63,744 nucleotides of DNA from Octopus bimaculoides. Lineage: Eukaryota. The stretch covers positions 185,586,066 through 185,649,809 of the forward strand of contig NC_068982.1 of NCBI RefSeq assembly GCF_001194135.2, given 5' to 3'. Positions 1 to 11,900 of this stretch are shown here, piece by piece. Position 1 is the stretch's first letter, and each line of letters starts with the position of its first letter. A program made the position numbers and the translations under genes. The notes under the pieces were generated by a model. That model was not told the origin of the DNA, did not search any database, and worked only from the letters and a program-made list of their open reading frames with translations.

Positions 1-1218
1 TCCATGCAATCAGGAATGACTGGAAATATAAAACAACAAAGAAAATAGAATTTGGATTTTTTAGAGTATTTTATTTCATATGTATTATAATTGTTAAAGT
101 TATAACATTGGAAAATATTATGTTTATTTGGGTATTTGTTGAAACTTTGAGTCAGAAGTGGACGTGTATATTGCTTAATGTGTGTGTGTGTGTGTGTGTG
201 TGAGTGTAAATGTTTAGCAGNNNNNNNNNNNNNNNNNNNNNNNNNNNNNNNNNNNNNNNNNNNNNNNNNNNNNNNNNNNNNNNNNNNNNNNNNNNNNNNN
301 NNNNNNNNNNNNNNNNNNNNNNNNNNNNNNNNNNNNNNNNNNNNNNNNNNNNNNNNNNNNNNNNNNNNNNNNNNNNNNNNNNNNNNNNNNNNNNNNNNNN
401 NNNNNNNNNNNNNNNNNNNNNNNNNNNNNNNNNNNNNNNNNNNNNNNNNNNNNNNNNNNNNNNNNNNNNNNNNNNNNNNNNNNNNNNNNNNNNNNNNNNN
501 NNNNNNNNNNNNNNNNNNNNNNNNNNNNNNNNNNNNNNNNNNNNNNNNNNNNNNNNNNNNNNNNNNNNNNNNNNNNNNNNNNNNNNNNNNNNNNNNNNNN
601 NNNNNNNNNNNNNNNNNNNNNNNNNNNNNNNNNNNNNNNNNNNNNNNNNNNNNNNNNNNNNNNNNNNNNNNNNNNNNNNNNNNNNNNNNNNNNNNNNNNN
701 NNNNNNNNNNNNNNNNNNNNNNNNNNNNNNNNNNNNNNNNNNNNNNNNNNNNNNNNNNNNNNNNNNNNNNNNNNNNNNNNNNNNNNNNNNNNNNNNNNNN
801 NNNNNNNNNNNNNNNNNNNNNNNNNNNNNNNNNNNNNNNNNNNNNNNNNNNNNNNNNNNNNNNNNNNNNNNNNNNNNNNNNNNNNNNNNNNNNNNNNNNN
901 NNNNNNNNNNNNNNNNNNNNNNNNNNNNNNNNNNNNNNNNNNNNAAAAAATGCTCCCAAAATACATAAACAGAAATATGAATAAGATTCAGAATGGATAT
1001 TTTGTGTTAAATATTTTCTGCAGTTATCTTATTAAATTTATACTTATTTTTTTTTTTTTGTATCTATAAAAACTGCTCAAGGTTTTCAGAAGTTAGAAAA
1101 GCACATAATTATTTAATAAATATTGGTGTGACGTGGCACACATATAGTAGGTGAGGGTGTATAAATAATGATCACACACAGGCATAAATGTGTCCACAAA
1201 TGTGTGATAGAGTGTCTA

Positions 1219-1297
1219 CACACACACGTGTATGCACACACACGTGTATGCACACACACGTGTATGCACACACACGTGTATGCACACACACGTGTAT

Positions 1298-1300
<3 letters not shown>
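1219..1300. repeat. 16-bp minisatellite (cacacacgtgtatgca) x5 inside a (CA)n tract
   Basis: CACGTG at 1225, 1241, 1257, 1273 and 1289. Confidence 0.9.
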
Positions 1301-1336
<36 letters not shown>

Positions 1337-1579
1337 AACAAACACAGGCACACACACACACACACAGAGTCAACAGGTGAGATGCACAGATGCTCAACAT
1401 AGAAGAGATGTAGTAGTGCTCAAATGATTTGATCATACACTCCAAAATATTTATTGCAGGCTAAATCAGCAGCGTAAAGAGTGGGTATAACAGGAATTTA
1501 GGTGAGTTGATATGGACATAAAAAAACCAAACAAACATGCCCAAGCAGGTTCTTTTGTTTATTGTAGGTATATATAAAC

Positions 1580-1612
<33 letters not shown>

Positions 1613-2360
1613 CTTTATTTAAAAGCAGCAGAAATATAACAAAAGACTGTTACTCTGAGTTTCACGTTCCCGTTCATTGGACAGTTTTGTTAGAAAGTGC
1701 TTACTCCGGTATATNNNNNNNNNNNNNNNNNNNNNNNNNNNNNNNNNNNNNNNNNNNNNNNNNNNNNNNNNNNNNNNNNNNNNNNNNNNNNNNNNNNNNN
1801 NNNNNNNNNNNNNNNNNNNNNNNNNNNNNNNNNNNNNNNNNNNNNNNNNNNNNNNNNNNNNNNNNNNNNNNNNNNNNNNNNNNNNNNNNNNNNNNNNNNN
1901 NNNNNNNNNNNNNNNNNNNNNNNNNNNNNNNNNNNNNNNNNNNNNNNNNNNNNNNNNNNNNNNNNNNNNNNNNNNNNNNNNNNNNNNNNNNNNNNNNNNN
2001 NNNNNNNNNNNNNNNNNNNNNNNNNNNNNNNNNNNNNNNNNNNNNNNNNNNNNNNNNNNNNNNNNNNNNNNNNNNNNNNNNNNNNNNNNNNNNNNNNNNN
2101 NNNNNNNNNNNNNNNNNNNNNNNNNNNNNNNNNNNNNNNNNNNNNNNNNNNNNNNNNNNNNNNNNNNNNNNNNNNNNNNNNNNNNNNNNNNNNNNNNNNN
2201 NNNNNNNNNNNNNNNNNNNNNNNNNNNNNNNNNNNNNNNNNNNNNNNNNNNNNNNNNNNNNNNNNNNNNNNNNNNNNNNNNNNNNNNNNNNNNNNNNNNN
2301 NNNNNNNNNNNNNNNNNNNNNNNNNNNNNNNNNNNNNNNNNNNNNNNNNNNNNNNNNNNN

Positions 2361-2686
2361 CAACTTCTGCCACATTCCAGGGAGAAAAACTAGACGTAGT
2401 TGATAGCTTCCACTATCTAGGTGACCAAGTTAGTAGTGGGGGAGGGTGCACTGAAAGTGTAGCTGCTAGAATAAGAATAGCATGGGCAAAGTTCAGAGAG
2501 CTCTTACCTCTGCTGGTGACAAAGGGTCTTTCTCTCTCAGAGTAAAAGGCAGACTGTATGATGCATGTGCACGAACAGCCATGCTTCATGGCAGTGAAAC
2601 ATGGGCCGTGACTGCTGAAGACATGCGTAGGCTCTCAAGGAATGAAGCCAGTATGCTCCGCTGGATGTGTAATGTCAGTGTGCAGT
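2361..2686 (+). mobile_element. RTE-clade LINE RT C-terminal fragment
   Basis: GEKLDVVDSFHYLGDQVSSGGG...[14 protein letters not shown]...LYDACARTAMLHGSETW...[13 protein letters not shown], with one frameshift. Confidence 0.9.
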
Positions 2687-3070
2687 CAGGCGGTACTGGC
2701 AACGGCCACGTTCAAAATGGTGTATTTTACGTGCCACCTGCACAGGAGCCAGTCCAGCGGCACTGGCAACAATCTCGCTCGAATGTCTTTACACGTGCCA
2801 AGAAGGCGACGCTGGGCATAGGTGCCATCACGATTTCACTTTCGCTTGCCTCAACAGGTCTTTGCAAGCGGAGTTTCGTGTCCTATGAAGGAAAGGTACA
2901 TATAAGTGGGCTGGCTACACCCCTGGCAAAGGCCATGGCTTATGGTCTCACTTGGCTTGCCGGGTCTTCTCATGCACAGCATATTTCCAAAGGTCACAGT
3001 CACTAGTCATTGCCTCGGTGAGGCCTAATGTTCGAAGGTCGTGCTTCAGCACCTCATCCCAGGTGTTCCG
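2685..3070 (-). mobile_element. RTE LINE ORF end and 3'UTR fragment, inverted relative to 2361-2686
   Basis: The reverse complement matches 38262-38745 (WDEVLKHDL* followed by 3'UTR). Confidence 0.85.
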
Positions 3071-3984
3071 TACACATGCGTCATACAGTCTGTGTTGAAC
3101 TCTCTATATAAATATATATATACTTATATATATACATATATATATAATATATATATATATACATATATATACATCATATATTTACATATATATATACAGA
3201 TATATACATATATATATACAGATATATACATATATATATATAATATATACATATATATATACAGATATATNNNNNNNNNNNNNNNNNNNNNNNNNNNNNN
3301 NNNNNNNNNNNNNNNNNNNNNNNNNNNNNNNNNNNNNNNNNNNNNNNNNNNNNNNNNNNNNNNNNNNNNNNNNNNNNNNNNNNNNNNNNNNNNNNNNNNN
3401 NNNNNNNNNNNNNNNNNNNNNNNNNNNNNNNNNNNNNNNNNNNNNNNNNNNNNNNNNNNNNNNNNNNNNNNNNNNNNNNNNNNNNNNNNNNNNNNNNNNN
3501 NNNNNNNNNNNNNNNNNNNNNNNNNNNNNNNNNNNNNNNNNNNNNNNNNNNNNNNNNNNNNNNNNNNNNNNNNNNNNNNNNNNNNNNNNNNNNNNNNNNN
3601 NNNNNNNNNNNNNNNNNNNNNNNNNNNNNNNNNNNNNNNNNNNNNNNNNNNNNNNNNNNNNNNNNNNNNNNNNNNNNNNNNNNNNNNNNNNNNNNNNNNN
3701 NNNNNNNNNNNNNNNNNNNNNNNNNNNNNNNNNNNNNNNNNNNNNNNNNNNNNNNNNNNNNNNNNNNNNNNNNNNNNNNNNNNNNNNNNNNNNNNNNNNN
3801 NNNNNNNNNNNNNNNNNNNNNNNNNNNNNNNNNNNNNNNNNNNNNNNNNNNNNNNNNNNNNNNNNNNNNNNNNNNNNNNNNNNNNGTTCTCACTGTCCTG
3901 TTCTTGTTTACACCTTCACCCTCTGCAAAAATTTCCAAATTTTAATTAATTTGCTTGCGGGAAGGACTGTTCCAACGAAGTCAC

Positions 3985-4240
3985 GTATTGTCCTTGCCTT
4001 CGAAACTCAGAGTAGATGCAGCAGGGACAACTGAAGAAAGGTAATATTCTTTATGTTGCATGTCTCGTTTCTCTGTTTGTTTTTCTCGTTGTTTGAAAAA
4101 AAAAGTTTGTTTTCTGTCTTCGTCTTTGTTTTCGTTTCTCATTGTGTTTAACGTTTTTTGTGATGTCCTGTACCCATATATGCTTGTATGTATACATATA
4201 GATGTAGGTATGTACATATACGTATGGGTATATGCATATA
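3985..4240 (+). mobile_element. Interspersed repeat, same family as the arms of the 22.6-22.9 kb palindrome (possibly PLE/retrozyme-related)
   Basis: ccttcgaaac...gtagatg..cagggacaactga.gaa.gg...ctttatgttgcatgtctcg...gatgtcctgtaccc is shared with 22510-22889. Confidence 0.75.
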
Positions 4241-4779
4241 AGTATATATTATTTATATATATATATATATATATATAATTTTACATATATGTATATAATA
4301 TATACATATATACACATATATAAAGTATATATACATACACATATATAATACACACACATATACATAAAGATACATATGCATACACACATGTATATATATT
4401 ATACATACATATACATGATTATATATATATATATATATATATAGATATATATATGCATGTGTAAGCATTTACATGTTTCTGTGTATGCTTACATATATGT
4501 GTGTGTGCGTGTGTGTGCAGGTGTGGCAATGAAATACTATAAAAATGGTGACCAATGCTGGATGAATTGTAATCAAATATAAAATCAAATTTAATTTTAA
4601 AAGAAATTTAATTACATCCAAGTAGTTTGTAATAATTAAATATAAATATAAATAGTTATACATAAATAAATTTATGTATATATATATATAAGCTTAGTTA
4701 TTATGATCATTATTATTATTTTTTATTATTATTATCATCATCATCATCATCATCATCATCATTATTATTATTATTATTA

Positions 4780-4985
4780 AGGCAGCAATCTGGCAGAATC
4801 ATTACCGTTCCAGACAAAATGCTTAGCAGTATTTCTTCCAACTTTACATTCCGAGTTCAGATGCTGCTGGGATTGACTTATCCTTTCAGCGTTGATAAAA
4901 CAATTACTAGTTGAGCACTGTGGTTGATATTATCAACTTACCCCCTCCCACGAACTTGTAGGCTTTGTGCCAAAATTTGAAACCA
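4780..4985 (+). mobile_element. SINE family B, decayed
   Basis: ggcagcaatctggcagaatc...gagttcag...ttgtgccaaaatttgaaacc. Confidence 0.7.
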
Positions 4986-5119
4986 TTATTAATATCTTAA
5001 TTATTATTATTATTATTATTATTAGATAATATAATTTATAGAAGACTGCAGCAGTAAATAACAATACCAGCAACAGCGAATTTAATTATAAACATAATAG
5101 AAACAATGTTTCCTTATAT

Positions 5120-5308
5120 TGGCTTAAGGTCACAAATTTGTGTAGTGAATCCATGTAACCCCAAATATTTTAGTGGTAAAGGGCCAATCAGATGTTTATT
5201 GAGCCAAGAAGGATGAAAGGTTAAGTTGACACCAGTGGGATTTGAACATTGTAGGGAAAGTGTTGTAAGGCAGTTTGTCCAATGTTCTAACCAAGGGTGC
5301 CATCTGCC
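5120..5308 (-). mobile_element. SINE family B, decayed, inverted relative to 4780-4985
   Basis: The reverse complement shows gttcaaatcc...aacctttcatcc...aaatttgtgacc. Confidence 0.6.
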
Positions 5309-5559
5309 AATCTTATAATAATAATAATGATAATAGCAGTAACAAGGCTGTTATCACTAAACATGTAGTCTAATGCACAACAACAAGAACAACAACGAAC
5401 AGAACAAATTTGAATATTTTTCATCTACTTTCATGGAAACAGTAACAATAACATTCTAATTTAGTATTTATATTAACAATAACAGATTATAAAAATGGCA
5501 ATAATAACAACAGTTGTTATAACTACAACAACAACAACAACAATAACAATAACAATAAC

Positions 5560-5591
<32 letters not shown>

Positions 5592-5676
5592 GTATTAGTG
5601 ATAATTAACAAAAAAGAAGGTATGCAATTGTTGTAAGAGAAGTAAATCTCAATATCATTGATGCTGTTGTTAAAAT

Positions 5677-5748
5677 TCATGAAGCAAAACGTTTCATAGC
5701 TTCCTTGGTATGTTCAAACACTTTATCCACTGTGTTGTTAGAATCAAT
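5677..5748 (-). CDS. AK1-like: Terminal coding exon ([23 protein letters not shown]), 72 nt
   Basis: ttatcttttcag|ATTGATTCT...TCATGA; homologous to the AK C-terminal helix. Confidence 0.92.
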   Translation of the reverse strand: MDSNNTVDKVFEHTKEAMKRFAS

Positions 5749-5940
5749 CTGAAAAGATAAAGTGAAATAATCCAGTCATATATTCTCCCTATTTTTTTTT
5801 TATTATTTCTTACTTTACTTCTATCTACAATTCACTCTTTATTTCCATCTAGCTATCTGTCCTCCTTTTCTAGACAATAAAGTGTGAAGCATGCAGGAAT
5901 TACGACCATACACAATTGTACATACATACATATGTGTGTG

Positions 5941-5978
<38 letters not shown>

Positions 5979-8900
5979 AGGGTCACTCCTGTTTATTTTG
6001 AAGTGTGAGTGTTTGAAGGAGAGGATTTAAATCAGCATATATCCTGAAACCCAGTGTGGATTTCGGGCTGGGTAAGGCACAGTTGATGTGATTTTTGTCC
6101 TTCCACATGTTCACGAAAAAGCTTGTGAGCATAACACTGTGCAGTCTTTGTTGACTTGATCAAGGCCCTTGAAACAATGAATCATGAGGTGCTCTGGAAA
6201 ATTCTGTCAAAAGTTGGTTTTCCGGATAAAATGATAAGAGTAATAGTGTCTTTGCATGAGGGAACAATGGCAACAGTGATATCTAGTAGTCAATGGACAA
6301 AGGCATTTTCTGTTGCCACTAGATCCAAACAGGGCAGTGTTTTAACTCCTGTACTTTTTTCCATATTCTTTTTGGATAATGCTCCAACATGCTTTTGTAG
6401 AACGACCGTGCGAACCAAAGGAGAAATGGTGACGAATGGAAAACAGGCTCCCTTTTAAACGCGTCACACGGTCGACACAAAACTATATGATATATGTTAT
6501 AATACTATAACATAGAGAATTTGCATGTGGAATGCGAAGGAATGCTAGTAAGGAAAATGATATTGACTCAACCGATAAAAATGTATAACAGTAAGATTTA
6601 TTGGAGCATTAAACTGTATGTCTGTGTGTGAGTGAATGCGACATAATAAAACACAATATAAGACAGGCCGTCATGTAAACAAAAGAGTGTGTATACAAAT
6701 ACATGTATGTGAATGCAAGAGATACAAAGCGTAGAAAGAGTCTGTAATACAGGATAATAAGATACCAGTTCTGTTAAGGTACACAGTAGTTAGATTGTCT
6801 GTATATAAGAGGTTAAGGTTGCGGCAGAGCTAAGTCACTTTTCGTGCAGTTGAGGCTTCGATGCCGGGTTGGATTCTTGATACAGATGTTCTTCGCAGGT
6901 TGAGTTCTGGCNNNNNNNNNNNNNNNNNNNNNNNNNNNNNNNNNNNNNNNNNNNNNNNNNNNNNNNNNNNNNNNNNNNNNNNNNNNNNNNNNNNNNNNNN
7001 NNNNNNNNNNNNNNNNNNNNNNNNNNNNNNNNNNNNNNNNNNNNNNNNNNNNNNNNNNNNNGCGCGGATAATTTAGGCTATTTATAGGTACAAGGAGGCT
7101 CCAGAGAGCATCATAGAAACACTCTCTCGCGTGACCTTATTATTGGCTACGGTTGGTCGGTTTGCGTCCTGGCGCGAACGGCCTGGAGGCAAATGCCGCG
7201 AAAATAAAAGTCAGTCAGGTGATGACACAGAAAGGCAGGAAAGAGTTGTTCCCTGCTACGCTCGCATTTGTAAAATAAAAAACCATGAGAGAGGTGGTTT
7301 CACTACACTTTTAAGGATTACCAAGGAAGTTTAAAATTTCAGTTTCACACAGAAGGAAGTCTACTAAACCTAAAAAGGCAAAGACTATGGAAGAGATTCT
7401 ATGTGACTTTCTGTTTGCTGATGATTGAACTTTGATTTCTCATGCATTTGAGGGATTCAGAAAATAGTTGACAGGCATGCTGTGGTAGCTTGAGCATTTG
7501 AACTCTCTACCAGCATCAAGAAGACTGAAGTTTTATTCCAGCCAAAGCTAAGGACAGAACATACTCAAGTTTCAAATGTGATGATTGACAATAAGCTACT
7601 CAAATTGGTCAGGCATTTTCTTTGTTATTTGGATGATGATATTTCAAGAGTTGCAGTCCTTGGTAAAAGCCATCCAGTTTGTAAAAATGGATGACTCTTT
7701 GGAAGTATTGTAGGCCATGTTCTTTGCATGAACTACTGCAGCACATTTATGTGTAAACTACTCAGGGGATTTGGGATTATGAGATTTTGATGTAGAGGAG
7801 CATGTCTAAACAGAGAGTTTTAGTCACCTGTCTAACTACCTCTGATAAGTTATGAAGGAAATGCATATACTGCATGGAATAATTAGCATAGAATGGTTGA
7901 GGTTTTGACTAGTCAGCTGATTTGAAATGCCATGAGGTCTGAGAAGAGGGAAGATGTTGCATAGTATATAGGTGTATGATGGGTTGTCAAGAGAAGGAAC
8001 TAGTTAGATGACCCGATGGGATTGGAGATAGTGATGGTTTGATAGATTCTGCATATGGAAGTGAGAAAGAGAAAAACGCTTTGTGACAGGATAAAAGCTG
8101 CAGAAACATGCACCAGGCACTAAAAAATCCTCTAAATATTGACTGAAAGAGATAGAAACACTAGTTCTGAAAACAAGACTGGACAGTCACAGCTTGAATG
8201 CTGTTGATCACACATCTGTCTGATCAGTGCTGACCTGAAGTTAAATAATAGCACAACTCCTTAGACACACTACATTGAGTCACAAGGAGTATTTTATGAC
8301 ATGGTACCTGATCATTATTTTTTGCCAAAACATATGTACCTCATTGCAGAATCGTGTTCAGTATGCATGGAGTCTCATAAGCTAAACGCAAAAGGATAGA
8401 ATTGAATTTGAATTATGATTATTGTTTGTATTTGTGTGTGAGTGTGACTCTGCATGTGTGTGTGCATGCATGCGAGTGTGTGCGAGTGAATGTGTCACTA
8501 TTTGACTTGTAGTCAGTTTGTCTCATACCATGCAAGTGGTGATTCAGTCAGCAGATGAAATGTCACATATCTGATGAATAACATTTAACACCCTCTCATT
8601 TGATTTGTGCTGCTCACTACAGCAATGTCCTACTCTAACAGTTCTCTCTCTAGAATTACAAAGTGAGAACATCAACAGTGATACTTACATTAATAACTTT
8701 ATTTTGGTCTTGATAGTGATCTATAACAGGTTGGGTGATTTCATGAAAGGTCACAAGTCTCTTCATAATGGTTTCTTTATTGTCATCATCACGACCACTG
8801 GTCTTACCTCGGTCCAACAGACGTGCTACCAACACATCATCTGGAGCAGTGAAGTTAAGCACAGCAGCACACTCGGTAATCTAATAATGCAAAAGTTAAC

Positions 8901-11900
8901 AGAAAAGTGGGGAAAATGACACAAGTCAGAGAATGACAGAAACAGTACAAACAGACCAACACTTGGAATAATAAAGTAATAAACAAAATTAGCAGACCAA
9001 AGTAAATCGATATCACTATTTTATTCAATCAAAATGAATCAGGCTATCCTGTGTTGATAGCAGCATTACTGACTGCAGTCAGTATAAGGTCAATGATGGA
9101 CAATGGAATTCTTCCCCACCACTGCCCTTCTGAGTTCATTTAATCTGTCACAACAAACAACAAAGCAGTTGTTCACATTTACATGTTACACACACACACA
9201 CACACTCCCTCACTCATCGTCCACTTATGCCGCAAAGCTGAATGTGCTCTGATAAACAGATTTTCATTTATAGTTGTACTTAGTGAAACATTATGTCTTA
9301 TCCAGTGCCCTTGTTTATTGTGATCATGCAAAAGCAGCAACTAAATTATATCCACAACAACAAAATTCTCTCTAGAAACTGGATTAGATTTTGAGCAATT
9401 AAACTCTAAACCTAAGGTAGTAGCCAAAACAAATAAACTAATGGTGAACTAAGCCAATCTATAGTGAATGGCCATAAACACACGTCTTTATATAGCCACC
9501 ATTTCCATGAACTGAATGCCCCGTATATGAATAAAGAAGCTAACTCTGGCTTCTGTGAATAGGAAAAAGAAACAACCTTCTTTACCATTTAGATGTAGGC
9601 CATTATTACTAGATTTATTGAAAGGAATATTTGCAACTCCTACAATGGAGATGATAGACATCCCTGGTGTAGCATGTATAGGTATGAGCATGGCTGTGTG
9701 GTTAGAAGTTTATCTTAAAAACCACATGGTTCCAGGTTCAACCCAACTGCATGGAACCTTGTCAACCAAAACTTTGTGAGTGGATTTGATTGACAGAAAC
9801 TGAAAGAAACCTGTTGTGTGTGTGTGCGTGTGTATATATATTCATGTGTGAGTCTTTGCTTGTGTTTCTTTCCCACCAGTTTGATGACTGGTGTTGGTTT
9901 GTTTACATCCCCCATAACTTTGCACTTTGACAAAAAGGGCTGATAGAATAAGCATGTCGCTTCAGAAAATAAGTACTAAGGTTGATTTGTTCAACCAAAC
10001 CCTTAAAAGCAGTGGCCTAGCATGGTTGCAGTCCGTTGACTGAAACAAATAAAAGATAAAAGATATATGGAGATAGAATAACTTAACAAAACTTCTCTAT
10101 ATATGCTCAGTCACTCATTCATTAATCCATACAGAAAACTCATGTGGTACACATATGAAGCTCCACTTGTCTTAGAAACTGTCAATGTGAGGACAGCACA
10201 AAACAAACATGACATCAATTTCCATGACATTTGTGGCCACATTTTAGTGTCTTGAAGGTAATCAGACCTGAGGATTAGCTAAATGGGTTTTGTGTGGGTT
10301 ACAAGTTATGTAACACACTTTGTTTAGCTATGAAACATATGTAGTCCTTCTTTACCGTTTCCATTCCTTACATTCTTGAACTTTGATCCACATATCTGAC
10401 AATTTTTGTTGCTAAACCATGAGTTGTATAGAGAATGTTAATTTATTGAAATTTCTGTTGATTTCATTATGGGATGAAGTGTATAACATACGACGTTTAC
10501 TAAACTCTTTTTACTATACATTGTCCACTTTATCATATATTGTCATCTATAACTAGCACTACACCAGTTATGATGATGAGAGTTCCATTTGATGCGATCA
10601 ACGGAACAGCCTGCTCATGAAATTAACATGCAAGTGGGTGAGCACTCCACAGACATGTGTACCCTTAGCATAGTTCACTGGGAGATTTAGTGTGACACAG
10701 AATGTGACAAGGTTGGCCCTTTGAATTACAGGTACAACTAATTTTTGCTGGGTGAGTGAATTAGAGCAACATGACATAAAGTGTCTTGCTGAAGGACCCA
10801 ACATGCCACCTGGAATCAAACTCATAACCTTATGATCGTGAGCCGAATACCCTAACCACTAAGTCATGCACCTTCATTTGTCATCTATACGAGCTGTGTA
10901 CATGTTTGAAGCTTATTAACTTCCTATACCAGGATCTTTCAGATTGTACTACCCTTTGACTATATATTTGTGGATTGATCACACTACCAATGATTTAATG
11001 TGGAAAGAATGTCCACAATCTTCAAGCAATCTATTAAAACATGCTGGTAATCACTTCCATTTAGGACGAGATCATGAAAATTCTTTCTACATAAAGCATT
11101 GGTAACATTGTTAATCCATAAATAAAGAATATTTATTCACCAAATGCAGTGTTGAGCTCTCATTCTGATAGTATTGTAATTGTGTGTGTGTGTGTGGGCG
11201 TGCGTGCATGTATATTATATCTCACCTCATTCTCAAATTTCAAACCCTGCTGCAACTCCCGAGGGTAACCGTCAAGGAGGAAACATTTGGTGTAAGATGA
11301 CCTGCTGACCAGAGCTTCTCTAAGAAGCTGTAAAACCACTGTCTGTGATTAGAGAAAAATGGAATGAGGTTAAAGTGAGAGTGGATGACAGGGAGAGAAG
11401 GTCACATAAAAAGTGAATTGATGCAAGATGAAAATGCAATGAAAGTAGAAAAAAAAATGAGTGGATGTTTGTGAGAGTGGAGATTGAGTGTTACATGTAA
11501 CTCAGTCAACTGATAAGATCTTATACATATACTTGACATGTATAAAATTGTTTCCTGACTCGACATGTATAAAATTGTTTCCTAGCAAACAGATGAACTT
11601 ACCCATTTACCCATTTACTACAACATAAAACTCATTAATTATCTGTAATCAAAGAAAGATCTTAGAGCTGTTACCTGGTCTATACTTTTACCATTTCTAA
11701 GCATTGTTCATAATACTTAAATACACAACTACAGCAAAAGCTTAACTCGTCTGATATTGCAAACTTTACACAGAGCTTTTTTAAGAATAACATCTAAATT
11801 AGATATTTTTGTAAGAAACTCCAAACATATATCCAAATTTAGTGGACCCAAACATTCAATGATACTCTTTAATATTTCAACCTAACGACAAGTTAGGCCA

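Noticed and set aside
178-984. Long ORFs in the track made mostly of X (also 1537-2545, 3041-3949, 42518-43009, 48069-48463, 58245-59070, 61905-62606)
   Set aside because: Artefacts of translating through N gaps.
1113-1445. Low-complexity ORFs ([16 protein letters not shown], poly-W/H/P), e.g. 41611-42102 and 54861-55709
   Set aside because: Translations of microsatellites with no coding signal.
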